Below, in pieces: positions 48,116-58,669 of a stretch of 64,000 bases of DNA. The stretch lies in assembly GCF_009914755.1 (NCBI RefSeq), contig NC_060936.1, one strand, 5' to 3'. How positions within the stretch are numbered: the first letter of the stretch is position 1; every line of letters starts with the position of its first letter. Source of the DNA: the human T2T-CHM13v2.0 reference genome, Homo sapiens. The notes under the pieces were generated by a model. The model ran no database searches. It was not told the origin of the DNA and was given only the letters and a program-made list of their open reading frames with translations. The translations under genes and the position numbers were made by a program.

Positions 48116-49188
48116 TATCGGGGGACCTGCCCCGATAATCACGTAGGTTCTTTTCTATTTTCCTAAGCGTCGACTGGCTTGAGAAATAAAAGGACAGAGT
48201 ACAAAAGAGAGAAATTTTAAAGCTGGGCGTCCGGGGGAGACATCACACTTGGGTAGGATCCGTGATGCCCCACAAGCCACAAAAACCAGCAAGTTTTTAT
48301 TAGGAAGTTTCAAAAGGGGAGGGAGTATACGAATAGGTGTGGGTGACAGACATCAAGTACTTAACAAGGTAATAGAATATCACAAGGCAAGTGGAGACAG
48401 GGCGAGATCACAGGACCACAGGACCGAAGTGAAATTAAAATTGCTAATGAAGCTTTGGCACCATTGTCATTGATGACATCTTATAAGGAGACAGGGTTTT
48501 GAGATCAACCGGTCTGACCAAAGTTTATTAGGCAGGAATTTCCTCTTCCTAATAAGCCTGGGAGCGCTATGGGAGACTGGCGTTTATTTCACCTCTGCAA
48601 TCTCGACTATAAGAGAGAGGTACGCTCCGGGGGGGCCAGTTCAGCGACCCACCCCTAGGTGCGCATTCTCTTTCTCAGGGACGTTCCATGCTGAGAAAAG
48701 GAATTCAGTGATATTTCTCCCATTTCCTTTTGAAAGAAGAGAAATATGGTTCTGTTCTGCCCGGCTCACCGGCGGTCAGAGTTTAAGGTTATCTCTCTTA
48801 TTCCCTGAACAATTGCTGTTATCCTGTTCTTTTTTCAGGATGCCCACATTTCATATTGCTCAAACACACATGCTGCACAATTTGTGTAGTTAACGCAATT
48901 ATTACAGGGTCCTGAGACGATATACATCCTTCTCGGCTGACAGGATTAAGAGATTAAAGCAAAGACAGGCATAGGAAATCACAGGGATATTGATTGGGGA
49001 AGTGATAAGTGTCCATGAAACCTTTACAATTTATGTTTAGAGATTGCAGTAAATAAAGGCAGGCATAAGAAATTACAAAAGTATTAATTTGGGGAACTAA
49101 TAAATGTCCATGAAATCTTCACAATCCACGTTCTTCTGCCATGGCTTCAGCCGGTCCCTCCGTTTGGGGTCCCTGACTTCCCGCAACA
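48116..49188 (-). mobile_element. MER11 (HERV-K HML-8) solo LTR, about 1.07 kb (MER11C-sized)
   Basis: Minus strand starts TGTTGCGGGAAGTCAGGGACCCCAAACGGAGGGACC; perfect 6-bp TSD AATGGG (48110-48115, 49189-49194) in HERV-H integrase. Confidence 0.93.
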
Positions 49189-49194
49189 AATGGG

Positions 49195-50342
49195 CTGTAC
49201 CTTGTAGCATTCCGAGGACAGGCCTGAATTCTGAGAAGGGAAAGTGGTAAAAGTATTGTCCAGTCCTTTTTAAGTTGGTGGCTGAGCTTGGTAAGGTGTG
49301 TTTTTAAAAGACCATTAGTCTGTTCTACCTTTCCTGAAGATTGAGGACTGTAAGGGATATAAAGCTTTCACTGAATACTAAGAGCCTGAAAAAATGCTTG
49401 GCTGACTTGATTAATAAAGGCCGGTCTGCTATCAGACTGTATAGAGGTGGGAAGGCCAAACTGAGGAATTATGTGTGACAGAAGGGAAGAAATGGCCGTG
49501 GTGGCCTTCTTAGACACTGTGGGAAAGGCCTCTACCTATCCAGTGAAAGTGTCTACGTAGACCAAGAGTTATTTTAGTTTCCTGACTTGGGGCACGTTGA
49601 GTAAAGCTAATTTGCCAGTCCTGGGTGGAGGCAAATCCCTGAGCTTGATGTGTAGGGAAGGGAGGGGGTCTGAAGAACCCTGAGGAGTAGTAGAATAGCT
49701 GATGGAACACTGAGAAGTTATTTCCTTGAGGATAGATTTCCACGATGGAAAGGAAATGAGAGGTTCTAAGAGGCGGGCTAGTGGCTTGTACTGTAGCATA
49801 GCCTGCTTTTGCTGGTGTGTGGCAATTAGGCCTGGCGGAACTGCCATCAATAAACTAAGTGTGATCAGGGTGAGAAACAGGGAGGAAGGAAATGTGGGGA
49901 AATGGGGTGAACGTCAGGTGGATCAGAGAGATGCAGTCATGAGGGTCAGGTGTGGTATCAGGAATAATGTGGGAGGCTGGATTGAAGTCCGGGGCAGGAA
50001 CAATGGTAATTGTGGGAGACTCAACAAAGAGTGAGTACAGCAGAAGGAGCCGGGGAGCAGAATGTATATGTGGCAGGTGTGAGGAAGAAAATAGATTTTG
50101 GAAATTATGAGAGCTGTAGAGAGTGAGTTGAGCATAGTTTCTGATTTTAAGGGCCTTTAAAAGTATTAGGGTGGCAGCAGCTGCTGCACGGAGACACAAC
50201 GGCCAACCTAAAACAGTAAGGTCAAGTTGTTTGGACAAAAAGGCTACAGGACGCGATCCTGGTCCTTGTGTAAGAATTTCAACTGCATAGCGCTGCACTT
50301 CGGCTGTGTGTAATGAAAAGGGTTGGGATGAGTCACGGAGAG
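49195..50342 (-). pseudogene. HERV-H pol remnant (RT connection to integrase)
   Basis: LALRDSSQPFSLHTAEVQ...RPVAFLSKQLDLTVLGWP (ORF 49855..50370); continuous with 58670 across the CTAG duplication. Confidence 0.88.
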
Positions 50343-50346
50343 CTAG

Positions 50347-50843
50347 TGTAGCAGGACGAGTTCCAGACAAAACTCCTCAGACACCGGATTAAAGAAGGAA
50401 GAGGTTTTTTTATTCCACCGGGAGCGTAGGCAGACTCATGTCTTAAGAGCCGAGCTCCCTGAAAAAGAAATTCCTAGCCCTTTTAAGGGCTGACAACTCT
50501 AAGGGTTCTACGTGAAAAAGTCACAATAGATCAAGTAAGCATGAGGAACGTGACTGGGGGCTACATACATCAGCTAACAGAACAAAAAGTTTTTACAGTG
50601 CTTTCTCATACAATGTCTGGAATTTACAGATAACACCAATAGTTTTGGTCAGGGGTTAATATTATTGATATTTTAACCACCAGGGCCAGGTGGTGGCGCC
50701 AAGGTCGTCTAGCTATTTATTTGACTTCTGTTTTTTCCAACTTTTTGCTTTCTCCCTTTTTTGCTGTCTTACAAACTAGGGAAAAGGGGAGGTTGGGGAG
50801 AAACTGGGCAGGACAACAGGAGAAGTGGTGGCCTCATACCATA
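50347..50843 (-). mobile_element. HERV-E 3' LTR (LTR2 family, LTR2C-like), 497 bp
   Basis: Follows PPT AAAGGGGGGAAA; starts TATGGTATGAGG, contains AATAAA, ends GTCCTGCTACA. Confidence 0.88.
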
Positions 50844-50895
50844 TTTCCCCCCTTTGAGCATTTTCACCTTTTAGTGGGAGTTCTCACTCTCATTT

Positions 50896-52919
50896 TTACT
50901 TTTTGAGTCTATTTGTGAGATAGAGCGATAGTGATTTATATAACACACGTGTGCTGAAGTTTTTCTGATGAACCAAAGTAGCTACAAAACCTTTTATCAT
51001 TTGAAAAAGCAAGGGTAATACACAGGGGAGCAGCAAGCAGGTTCCTATCACTAGCAATACACCTACAATGAGGGTTTTCAATCCTCCTATAGCTGGAAAC
51101 CATTTTTCAAATAAAGACTCAGGATTAAACTCGTGCCAAACCTGTACAGGCACATGTGCCACCTTTGTCATGTCCCTGACTATGTTTTTAACCACCTGTC
51201 CTTGATCATTTATTTGTAGGCAGCAATTGGTTAAGTTAAATTTTCCACAAACTCCTCCTTCAGCTACTAGCAAGTAGTCTAAGGCCAGTCTATTCTGATA
51301 GATAGCATTCCTCATTTGGGTTTCTTGCCAAGCTAAAACAGTCAAAGCTCTGCCAGTTTCATTAGTAATTATTTCTAAGATGGCCTGCAACCGTATGATC
51401 CAATTGAGCATGTAGATGGGGTTTCGGTATCCCCATGAGCCGTCTTGTGCCCATGTGGCAGGCCCATAATACTGAATGATCCTTTCAGGGGGCCACTCAT
51501 TATCTTTCCAGTTTCCTATAACTATGCCTTTCTTTTCTCGGGAGGCGTAGACAGGGAAACCTAGGAGCTCACCCATTTTTATGGGTAATAAGAAAAAGGA
51601 TGGCTTAATAGTGCCAATAACACAACTGCCTGCCCATTTATTAGGTAACCGAATGTAGGCTCTGTGCCTACATATCTAGTATAGTCCAGCGGGAACAGTC
51701 CAGTCCTGATGAGATTCTGGATGAGCCTAAGCAGTTTTTAATTTAGAAAATTTACTAAATGTTTTCTTTTCAGTGTGGTTTAGTCCCTACTAAGTAATTG
51801 TCTTTGTTGTGCTGTTATACAACTTCTGTCCTACACAATTAAGCTTTCCTAAAGGGATGATAAAGTCTTTCCCTTCTCTAGCTATACAGTATTGTCTAAT
51901 AATTGAGGTTTTTAGGACCTAGAAGTTGCTAGATTCTACCTTCTAACTGGAATTATATCAGGAGCTGGATCAGTAGACACCAACTCTCGGGCTTCCCAAG
52001 GCCATCTGTCTCCGATAGTGGTTCCTCCGCGTACATAACAAGAAGTAACATTAAGTAAGAAAATTACATTTTCTGCTAATTGGAGAAACAAATTTTTTGT
52101 CTTTTTCAGAAGTTCTGGTGCTGGCAGATTCAGCTCCTCATAAAAGGTTTGAAATACTGGTTTGGGAGAGCACTTGTGGACCTCCCCTCTAATTAAAATG
52201 GCAACTTGAGGGTTTAACCCTGTCCTATTGATCCCCAGGGTTACACGTTCTCCCTTTTTCCAATGGGGATCTAGGGGATTGGTAATTATTAGTTCTAGTG
52301 GGTTACAGTGACCGGCAGCACAGAAGGGGTTGACTTCCCCCTTCCGAAGATAAACCGGGTCCTTTTTGTTCTTTTTTTAAGTAGCCTAAATAACACATGT
52401 CCAATAGGCACAATTTTTACAAACCCCTGACTCATGACAAACATATTTATTTTCTACTCTTTAGCTCCTTTCTCAGTTAAGAGAACCACATCCTATTTCT
52501 AGCTTTTTACTATTAATGGCTGCACAAGCATCAAATCTTAAAGTTGTTTGCTTGGGGATTTCCTTTTCTTCTGTTCTAGTTATTATTTTACTTGTGTCAC
52601 CTAGGAAAAGGCCAGTTCTTCTTCTTATTTCAAAAACGGTGGTTGCAGCGGGCTCAGATGGGTTATAACACGCATCAGGTCGGTCATTTCTCGGGGTACA
52701 TACCTTGTACTGAGTGGCATTATACAAACAAGTTTCTTTTATTGTTTCCATACATTCATAATAACTATAGAACAGAAAGATTGCTTTAATTTGCTGTCCT
52801 ACTTCAGTGACCTGTTGAATACACTGGGAACAGTCCCCAGTTTGAGTAAGGTCAGTTGAAGCCCTTACTGTATAAGTCCAAAATTTAAGAAAAATGAATC
52901 TCTCGATGAGCTTCCTCAT
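50896..52919 (-). pseudogene. env: HERV-E env (interrupted; 148-codon SU start and 226-codon TM ORFs open)
   Basis: MRKLI...CSQC; [29 protein letters not shown] and hydrophobic [23 protein letters not shown]; stops between the two ORFs. Confidence 0.92.
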
Positions 52920-52941
52920 GCTTCGGCCGTGCGTGGACCAG

Positions 52942-55900
52942 TCAGCTTCCGGGTATGACTGGAGCAGGGCGTGTTGTCTTCTTCAGGGTCACTCTGCAAG
53001 GGTTGTCTGGGCTTGGTCTTGCCTCCCAGGTTTCAGGCACTGCAGGTTTTACATGGCTGTGGTGGATCCAAGCTGGGATTCCTTCTACCTTCACAGCGGT
53101 GGGAGTGCTCAGGACGACAGTCTGGGATCCTTTCCACAGTGGACACAAAGAGGCTCCGTTCCAGTTCTTGATCCACACTCGATCATCTGGGGAGAAAGGG
53201 TGAACTGGGGAGAATAAGCTAACAGGGCATCTCTCATTTACCCAGGCTGAGATTGTTTGTGTAATTTTTCCTAAGGCCTGTAGCTGTTGCTGTAACTCAA
53301 TTTCACCTAACTTTCAGGGAGTGCCTGGAAGTCCCCGCAATATAGGAGGGGGCCTATGATATAATATTTCATAAGGGGAATATCCTGTTCTTTTAGAAGT
53401 GGTACATCTAATTTTAAATAATACCATAGGGAGAGCCTGTATCCATTTTAATCCTGTTTCCTGACATACTTTCCCTAAACTATTTTTGATAGTTTGATTC
53501 ATTCGCTCCACCTTTCCGGAACTCTGAGGCCAGTAGGCAGCATGCAGTTGCCATGTGATCCCTAACATCTTTGCCCCCTTCTGTACTAAGTCAGCCAAAA
53601 ATGCCGACCTGTTATCTGAGCCGATCCGTAAGGGCAGTTCAAATCTAGGAATAAGATCTCAAAGAAGCACACGAGTTACTTCACGAGCTTTCTCAGTTCG
53701 TGTTGGATAAGCCTCCACCTACCCAGAGTAGGTACGCCCAAGAACTAGTAAATACTTGTTACCTCTACACTTTGACATCTCTGTGAAGTCCACCTGGAGA
53801 TCTTCAAAGGGGGCTGCTCCATAAGCTTGTATGCCGGGTGGAACGGCTGGACCTTGCCTCGCATCATGCTGTCGGCAGGTAACACACCCCTGCCTCACCG
53901 TTTTGGCAAGAGCTGACAAATGCGAGATGTAGAAATACCAGCCTAACAACTTTCCAAGTGACTCCTGACCTCGATGGATGGTTTCATGCACAGCCAGTAC
54001 AACTGCAGCTCCTAGCAGCTGTGGCACAGCTTCTCTCCCATCCGGTAACCGAATTCATCCTTCCTCCATCACTTGTTCTCTGCCTGGAGAAAGTCCTTTT
54101 CTTCTTTAGAATAAGTGGGTACAAGATCAGGTGCTTGAGGGAGCATGGGGGCTGTGACTGATGCCCGGAAGGGGGCAGATGCTGCTTTTCGAGCCTCCAA
54201 GTCAGCGCGGGAATTCCCTAAAACCACCAAGGTGGAAGCTCGCTGGTGTCCTCTGCAATGCATAACTGCCACCTTGTGGGGTCTCCATACGGCTTTTAAT
54301 AATTGCAAGATTTCTTGCTGATATTTTATGTCTTTTCCCCCAGAGTTCAATAGGCCCTTTTCTTTATATAATGCTCCACGCACTTGAAGGGTTGAAAAGG
54401 CATATTGAGAGTCAGTGTAAATGTTGACATTCTTAGCTTCACTGGGTTCTAAGGCCCGAATTAAAGCAATGAGTTCAGCTTTCTGAGCTGAAGTGCCCTG
54501 GGGAAACGATCTGGCTTCAGCAACAGTGTCCAGAGTTACCACCGCATATCTTGCACATCTCTCTCCTTGTGGGTTGATGAAGCTGCTCCCAGCCCCGTAT
54601 AGTTCCTAGTCTACTGATGCCTAAGGCTGGTCCTGGAGGTTAGGTCTGCTAGAGTAAACTGAGTCCAACACTTCTTCACAGTCATGCTCGAGAGGGCTCT
54701 CTGATACTGGGAGCAAGGTAGCGGGGTTCAGGGTGTTACAAACTTCAATGGTTACACGGGGATTTTCACAGAGCAAACTTTAGTACTTAGTGAGTCTAGC
54801 ATTCATTAGCCAATGATGTCCTTTAGTATTCATTAAAGTCACCACAGCATGGGGGGGGGTCTTTATGTTCAGGTTTTGTTCAAGAGTCAGCTTATCTGCT
54901 TATTGTACTAGCAGGGCAGTTGCTGCCAAGGCCCTTAAACACGGGGGCTATCCTTTAGAAACCCCGTCTAGTTGTTTAGAGAGGTAGGCCACCGGCCTCA
55001 GCCAGGGACCCACAGTTTGGATTAAAACTCCAACTGCCATCTTTTCTCTCTCTGACACATACGATGGAAAAGGCTTTGTTAGATCGGGTAGCCCCAGGGC
55101 TGGGGCTGATATAAGTCTTTCCTTTATCTCATGAAAGGCTTGCTGTTGCTGGGATCCCCATTCAAAAATTCCAGGTCCCCCCTCCTTTGTGACCTCATAG
55201 AACGGCTTGGCTAATACTGCAAAATTTGGGATCTACCGTCTGCAAAACCCCACAGCCCATAAGAATTCTCTCCCCTGCCTTCTGGTCTTAGGCTCCGGTA
55301 GATTTCAAATGACCTGCTTTCTTTCTGATCCTAGGCTGCTCTCCCCCTTTCGGATAGTAAATCCTAAGTAATATACCTGCTGTCGGCAGATCTAAGCTTT
55401 TTTCTTGGACATCTTGTACCCAGAGTCCTCCAGGTGCCGGAGTAGAGCATCTGTTCCTTTGGTGCACCCGACTGCCATGGGGTGTCCCAGCAAAAGTCAT
55501 TAACGTACTGGAGCAACACGCAGTCTAGGTCTCTGGTGGGAAACTTCTGGAGGTCTCGAGGCAATGCCTCCCCGAAGATGGTGGGGGAATTCTTGAACCC
55601 TTGGGGAAGCCCAGTCCAAATGTACTGAGTAGTGACACCTGACTCCGGATCTTCCCACTGAAAGGCAAACAGATTCTGCCTCTCAGGGGCGAATCTGATG
55701 CTAAAGAAGGCGTCTTTCAGGTCCAAGCAGGTGAAGCAGCTGTCCTCAACTGGCAGCAACCCCAGCAATGTGTACGGGTTAGGTACTGCTGGATGTAAAG
55801 TCACTGTAGCCTGATAAACCAAGCGCAAATCCTGTACCAGCCAGTAGTCCTTGGTCTTAGGCTTGGGAACAGGCAGGAGGGGAGTGTTCCATGGAGACTG

Positions 55901-56529
55901 ACAAGGAACTCTAATTCCAAAAGTTCTTAGGTGCTTGAGATGGACCTGGATACCTTCAAGAGCTTCTCTGGGGACCGGCTCCTGTTTTTGCCTAACCGGC
56001 TGGGCCCTAGGCTTAACTTCTATAAGTACGGGGGCTTGGTTGACTGCAAACCCTGGAGGATTGTCTTCTGCCCACACTTTTGGCCACCGCTTAGCCAGAG
56101 CTGGTCTTATCTCTTGGCCCCACTCAGTTGAGAAAAGTCTCCATTCTTCTTCTCGGGGGATCGTAAGGGTCATAATGACTCCCATTCTGGGTAACTTTAG
56201 CAGCAAAGAGCCATGCTCTGTAAAAGAGATACTGGCTCTCAGTTTGCTAAGCAAGTCCCTTCCCAACAAGCGCAAGGGACAGTCAGGTGTGTACAAAAAC
56301 TGATGAATCACTTTATGTCCTCCTACAGCACAAGTCCGAGGCAAGCAGAAAGCTTGCTATGCTGAAACTCCCTTGGCTCCGATGATGTCAATAATCTTTT
56401 TGGATAAGGGGGCGACCAGGGCGGTTACTACCGAATGTTTAGCACCGGTATCTACAAGAAAATCAATGTCTTACCCCTAACTGTCATCCTGACCATAGGC
56501 TCTTTGGGGGTCCTTGAGCCCAGTCCCCC
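52942..56529 (-). pseudogene. pol: HERV-E pro-pol (defective)
   Basis: Protease LVDTGA after a frameshift; RT LPQGFKNSPTIF with YVDD changed to YVND plus a frameshift; RNase H YTDSQYAF...HCRGHQ; integrase QVDFTEM, PQSSGKVERMN, WIHHSHVK. Confidence 0.92.
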
Positions 56530-58120
56530 TCAGTCCAATAACCCTTCTGCCAGGTTGAGCAGGGCCCCTTCATCCTTGTCCGGGGCCTCCTGCTCTGAGT
56601 CACCTGGTTTTCTTTTTAGCTGAGGGCATTTGTTTTTCCAATGTCCTATTTCTTTACAATAAGCACACTGATTACGCTGCAAGCTCTGACAGCCAGGCTG
56701 AGTTTCCTTCCCGGGGCCCCCCTTCCCTTGCCTCTTTGTGGGGGGCCCCTCTGATTGCTGCCGCTCACAGGTCGGTGTTTCGCTGGGCCTGACATTCATT
56801 GTCTCTGTGGTTTTCCTTACGACTTACTGCATCCCTGTTTACAAACGCCTGGTTAGCTATTTCTAATAACTGTGATGTGTTCATCCCTGCAAACTCAGCC
56901 TGTTTCTGCAGTTTTCTTCTAATGTCTTCTGCGCTTTGACTAACTAAAGCCATGTTAATCATGCCTTGATTTTCAGGGCTAACGGGATCAAAGGGAGTAT
57001 ACATACCATAGGCCTCACACAGTCTCTCCTACAATTGTGCTGGACTTTCTTCTTTTCTCTGAATGACCTCAGAGACTTTGCTAACATTTGTGGCCTTCTG
57101 GGCTCCCCTCTTTAATCCTTCCAAGAGAGCTTCCCTGTCTCTGTTTAGCCTTTGCATATCCTCTCTTTCATGTGGGTCCCACTGGGGGTCAGTTCCTGGT
57201 AACTGGGTCCTTACATACTCTTGGGGTTTTTGGTAATCAGCTGGTGCATGTTCCTCTAGCCACTTAGTTGCTGCTTGGAGCACTCTCCGCCTTTCATCTG
57301 TGTTAAAGAGGAACATGAGCAACTGGTGGCAATCAGCCCAGGTGGGGTTATGGGTCTGGATAATAGTTTGGAGCAAATCAATCAGAGCTGGTGGCTTTTC
57401 GGTACAGGATGGGGTATTGTTTTTCCAGTTGAGAAGGTGGGCAGAGGTGAAGGGCTGGTACGCAAAAACACGCCTCCCCACCACGTGACCATCCTCATCT
57501 ATCCCAGTATACTGCTGCTCTCTCAGGGGCATTTGTGTCCCCGTTTTGGGTCTTAAACGAACTGCCAAGGGAGGGGTTTCTCCCGAGTCCTCACCTCCTC
57601 TCTTATCTACTCTGGGTGGCCTAGGGATATGTTTGTCTTGTGGAGGCGCAAGCACTGTGGACTCAAAAGTGGGGAGCCTGCCTCCCTGGTAAGGAGAGGG
57701 CACCACTGGGATCACTGGTGCCATCTCCTGCAGTGGTTCTTCTGAAGTTGGGTCGAACAGAACTTCAGGAGTTGATTTCCCTCTGCGGGTGGAGTGGGAT
57801 CCTTCCTTGGCTATCTGTCACTTTGCTACTAGCACTGCTGCTGCCTGCCCTCTTAGCCACTGTGGGGGGTTTAGCATCAGCTGTAACCAAGTGTCTATGT
57901 ATGGAAACTGGTCTGAGTGTGCTGACTTACCAGTTACATTGTGCCATACCTTAGAAACAAGGGACCTGTCCAGGCTTCCTTCTGATGGCCACCCTACTTC
58001 TAATGTTGGCCAATCTATTTCACACAAAGTTCTAAGTTCCCCAAAGTCTCCATTAAATCCTTTCTTAAAAATTTTCAACATAGTTCCCAGCAGAGTAGGC
58101 TTACTTTGTATCTGACCCAA
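56530..58120 (-). pseudogene. gag: HERV-E gag (start TTG, frameshifts and stops)
   Basis: MA GQIQSKPT...CEIDWPTLEVGWPSEGSLD; CA YQPFTSAHLLNWKNN...HNPTWADCHQLL; NC CAYCKEIGHWKNKC; ends at TGA 56530-56532. Confidence 0.9.
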
Positions 58121-58644
58121 GTTTCCTCGAGACAAAACACCAAGCTCACACCACACGCACACCACAGAACAAAGAATGGGTAAGAAGGGCACACACACAC
58201 TTTTTCAGTTTTCACCAAACCAGAATCAAAACCAAAATCAGAGTATCCAGAAATCCAAGCCAGGTCAAACCAAAACCAAAGTATCAAGCAATTCAAGTCA
58301 AGTCAAAAACAAAAACCAAAGTGCCAGTACAGGCACACCGTGGGTGATCAGGCCACGCTTCCACTCAAATGGAGTGGGCAAGTTCCAAAGACCAGTCTTA
58401 CCAAGTTTCAAATGTCCGGACTCCAAGTGCCTCTTCCTTCCCTGTGTTCAGCCACTGTGTTGATCTTCCATGGGGGCCTACCACACACTGCTTTGACGAG
58501 GCATTCCTCCGGGGCAATTGCCTACCCGGGAGAGCTCTCAGGATCCGCGTCGCTCAAGCTGGCCGGAGTCCCCCTCAGGGATGCTCCACAGGGCAGGCCT
58601 AAGCCACCTAACAGGCTGCCTTGACTTTCCGTCAATTACCTCGC

Positions 58645-58662
58645 TTCCCGGTCAGGGAACCA
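58645..58662 (-). promoter_or_regulatory. Primer-binding site, tRNA-Glu
   Basis: TGGTTCCCTGACCGGGAA; 18/18 complementary to the tRNA-Glu 3' end TTCCCGGTCAGGGAACCA. Confidence 0.93.
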
Positions 58663-58669
58663 AGACTAG

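Larger units (their letters stand above)
50347..58665 (-). mobile_element. HERV-E provirus lacking the 5' LTR
   Basis: tRNA-Glu PBS, gag-pro-pol-env, PPT, one LTR2-family LTR; CTAG on both sides (50343-50346, 58666-58669). Confidence 0.95.

Noticed and set aside
48950-49130. About 100-bp direct duplication
   Set aside because: Internal repeat structure of MER11.
55364-56344. 326-aa protease/RT ORF as an active reverse transcriptase
   Set aside because: Catalytic YVDD reads YVND and is followed by a frameshift; the protease active site is out of frame.
58645-58662. tRNA-Glu gene
   Set aside because: Only the 18-nt 3' end including CCA matches; it is a retroviral PBS.
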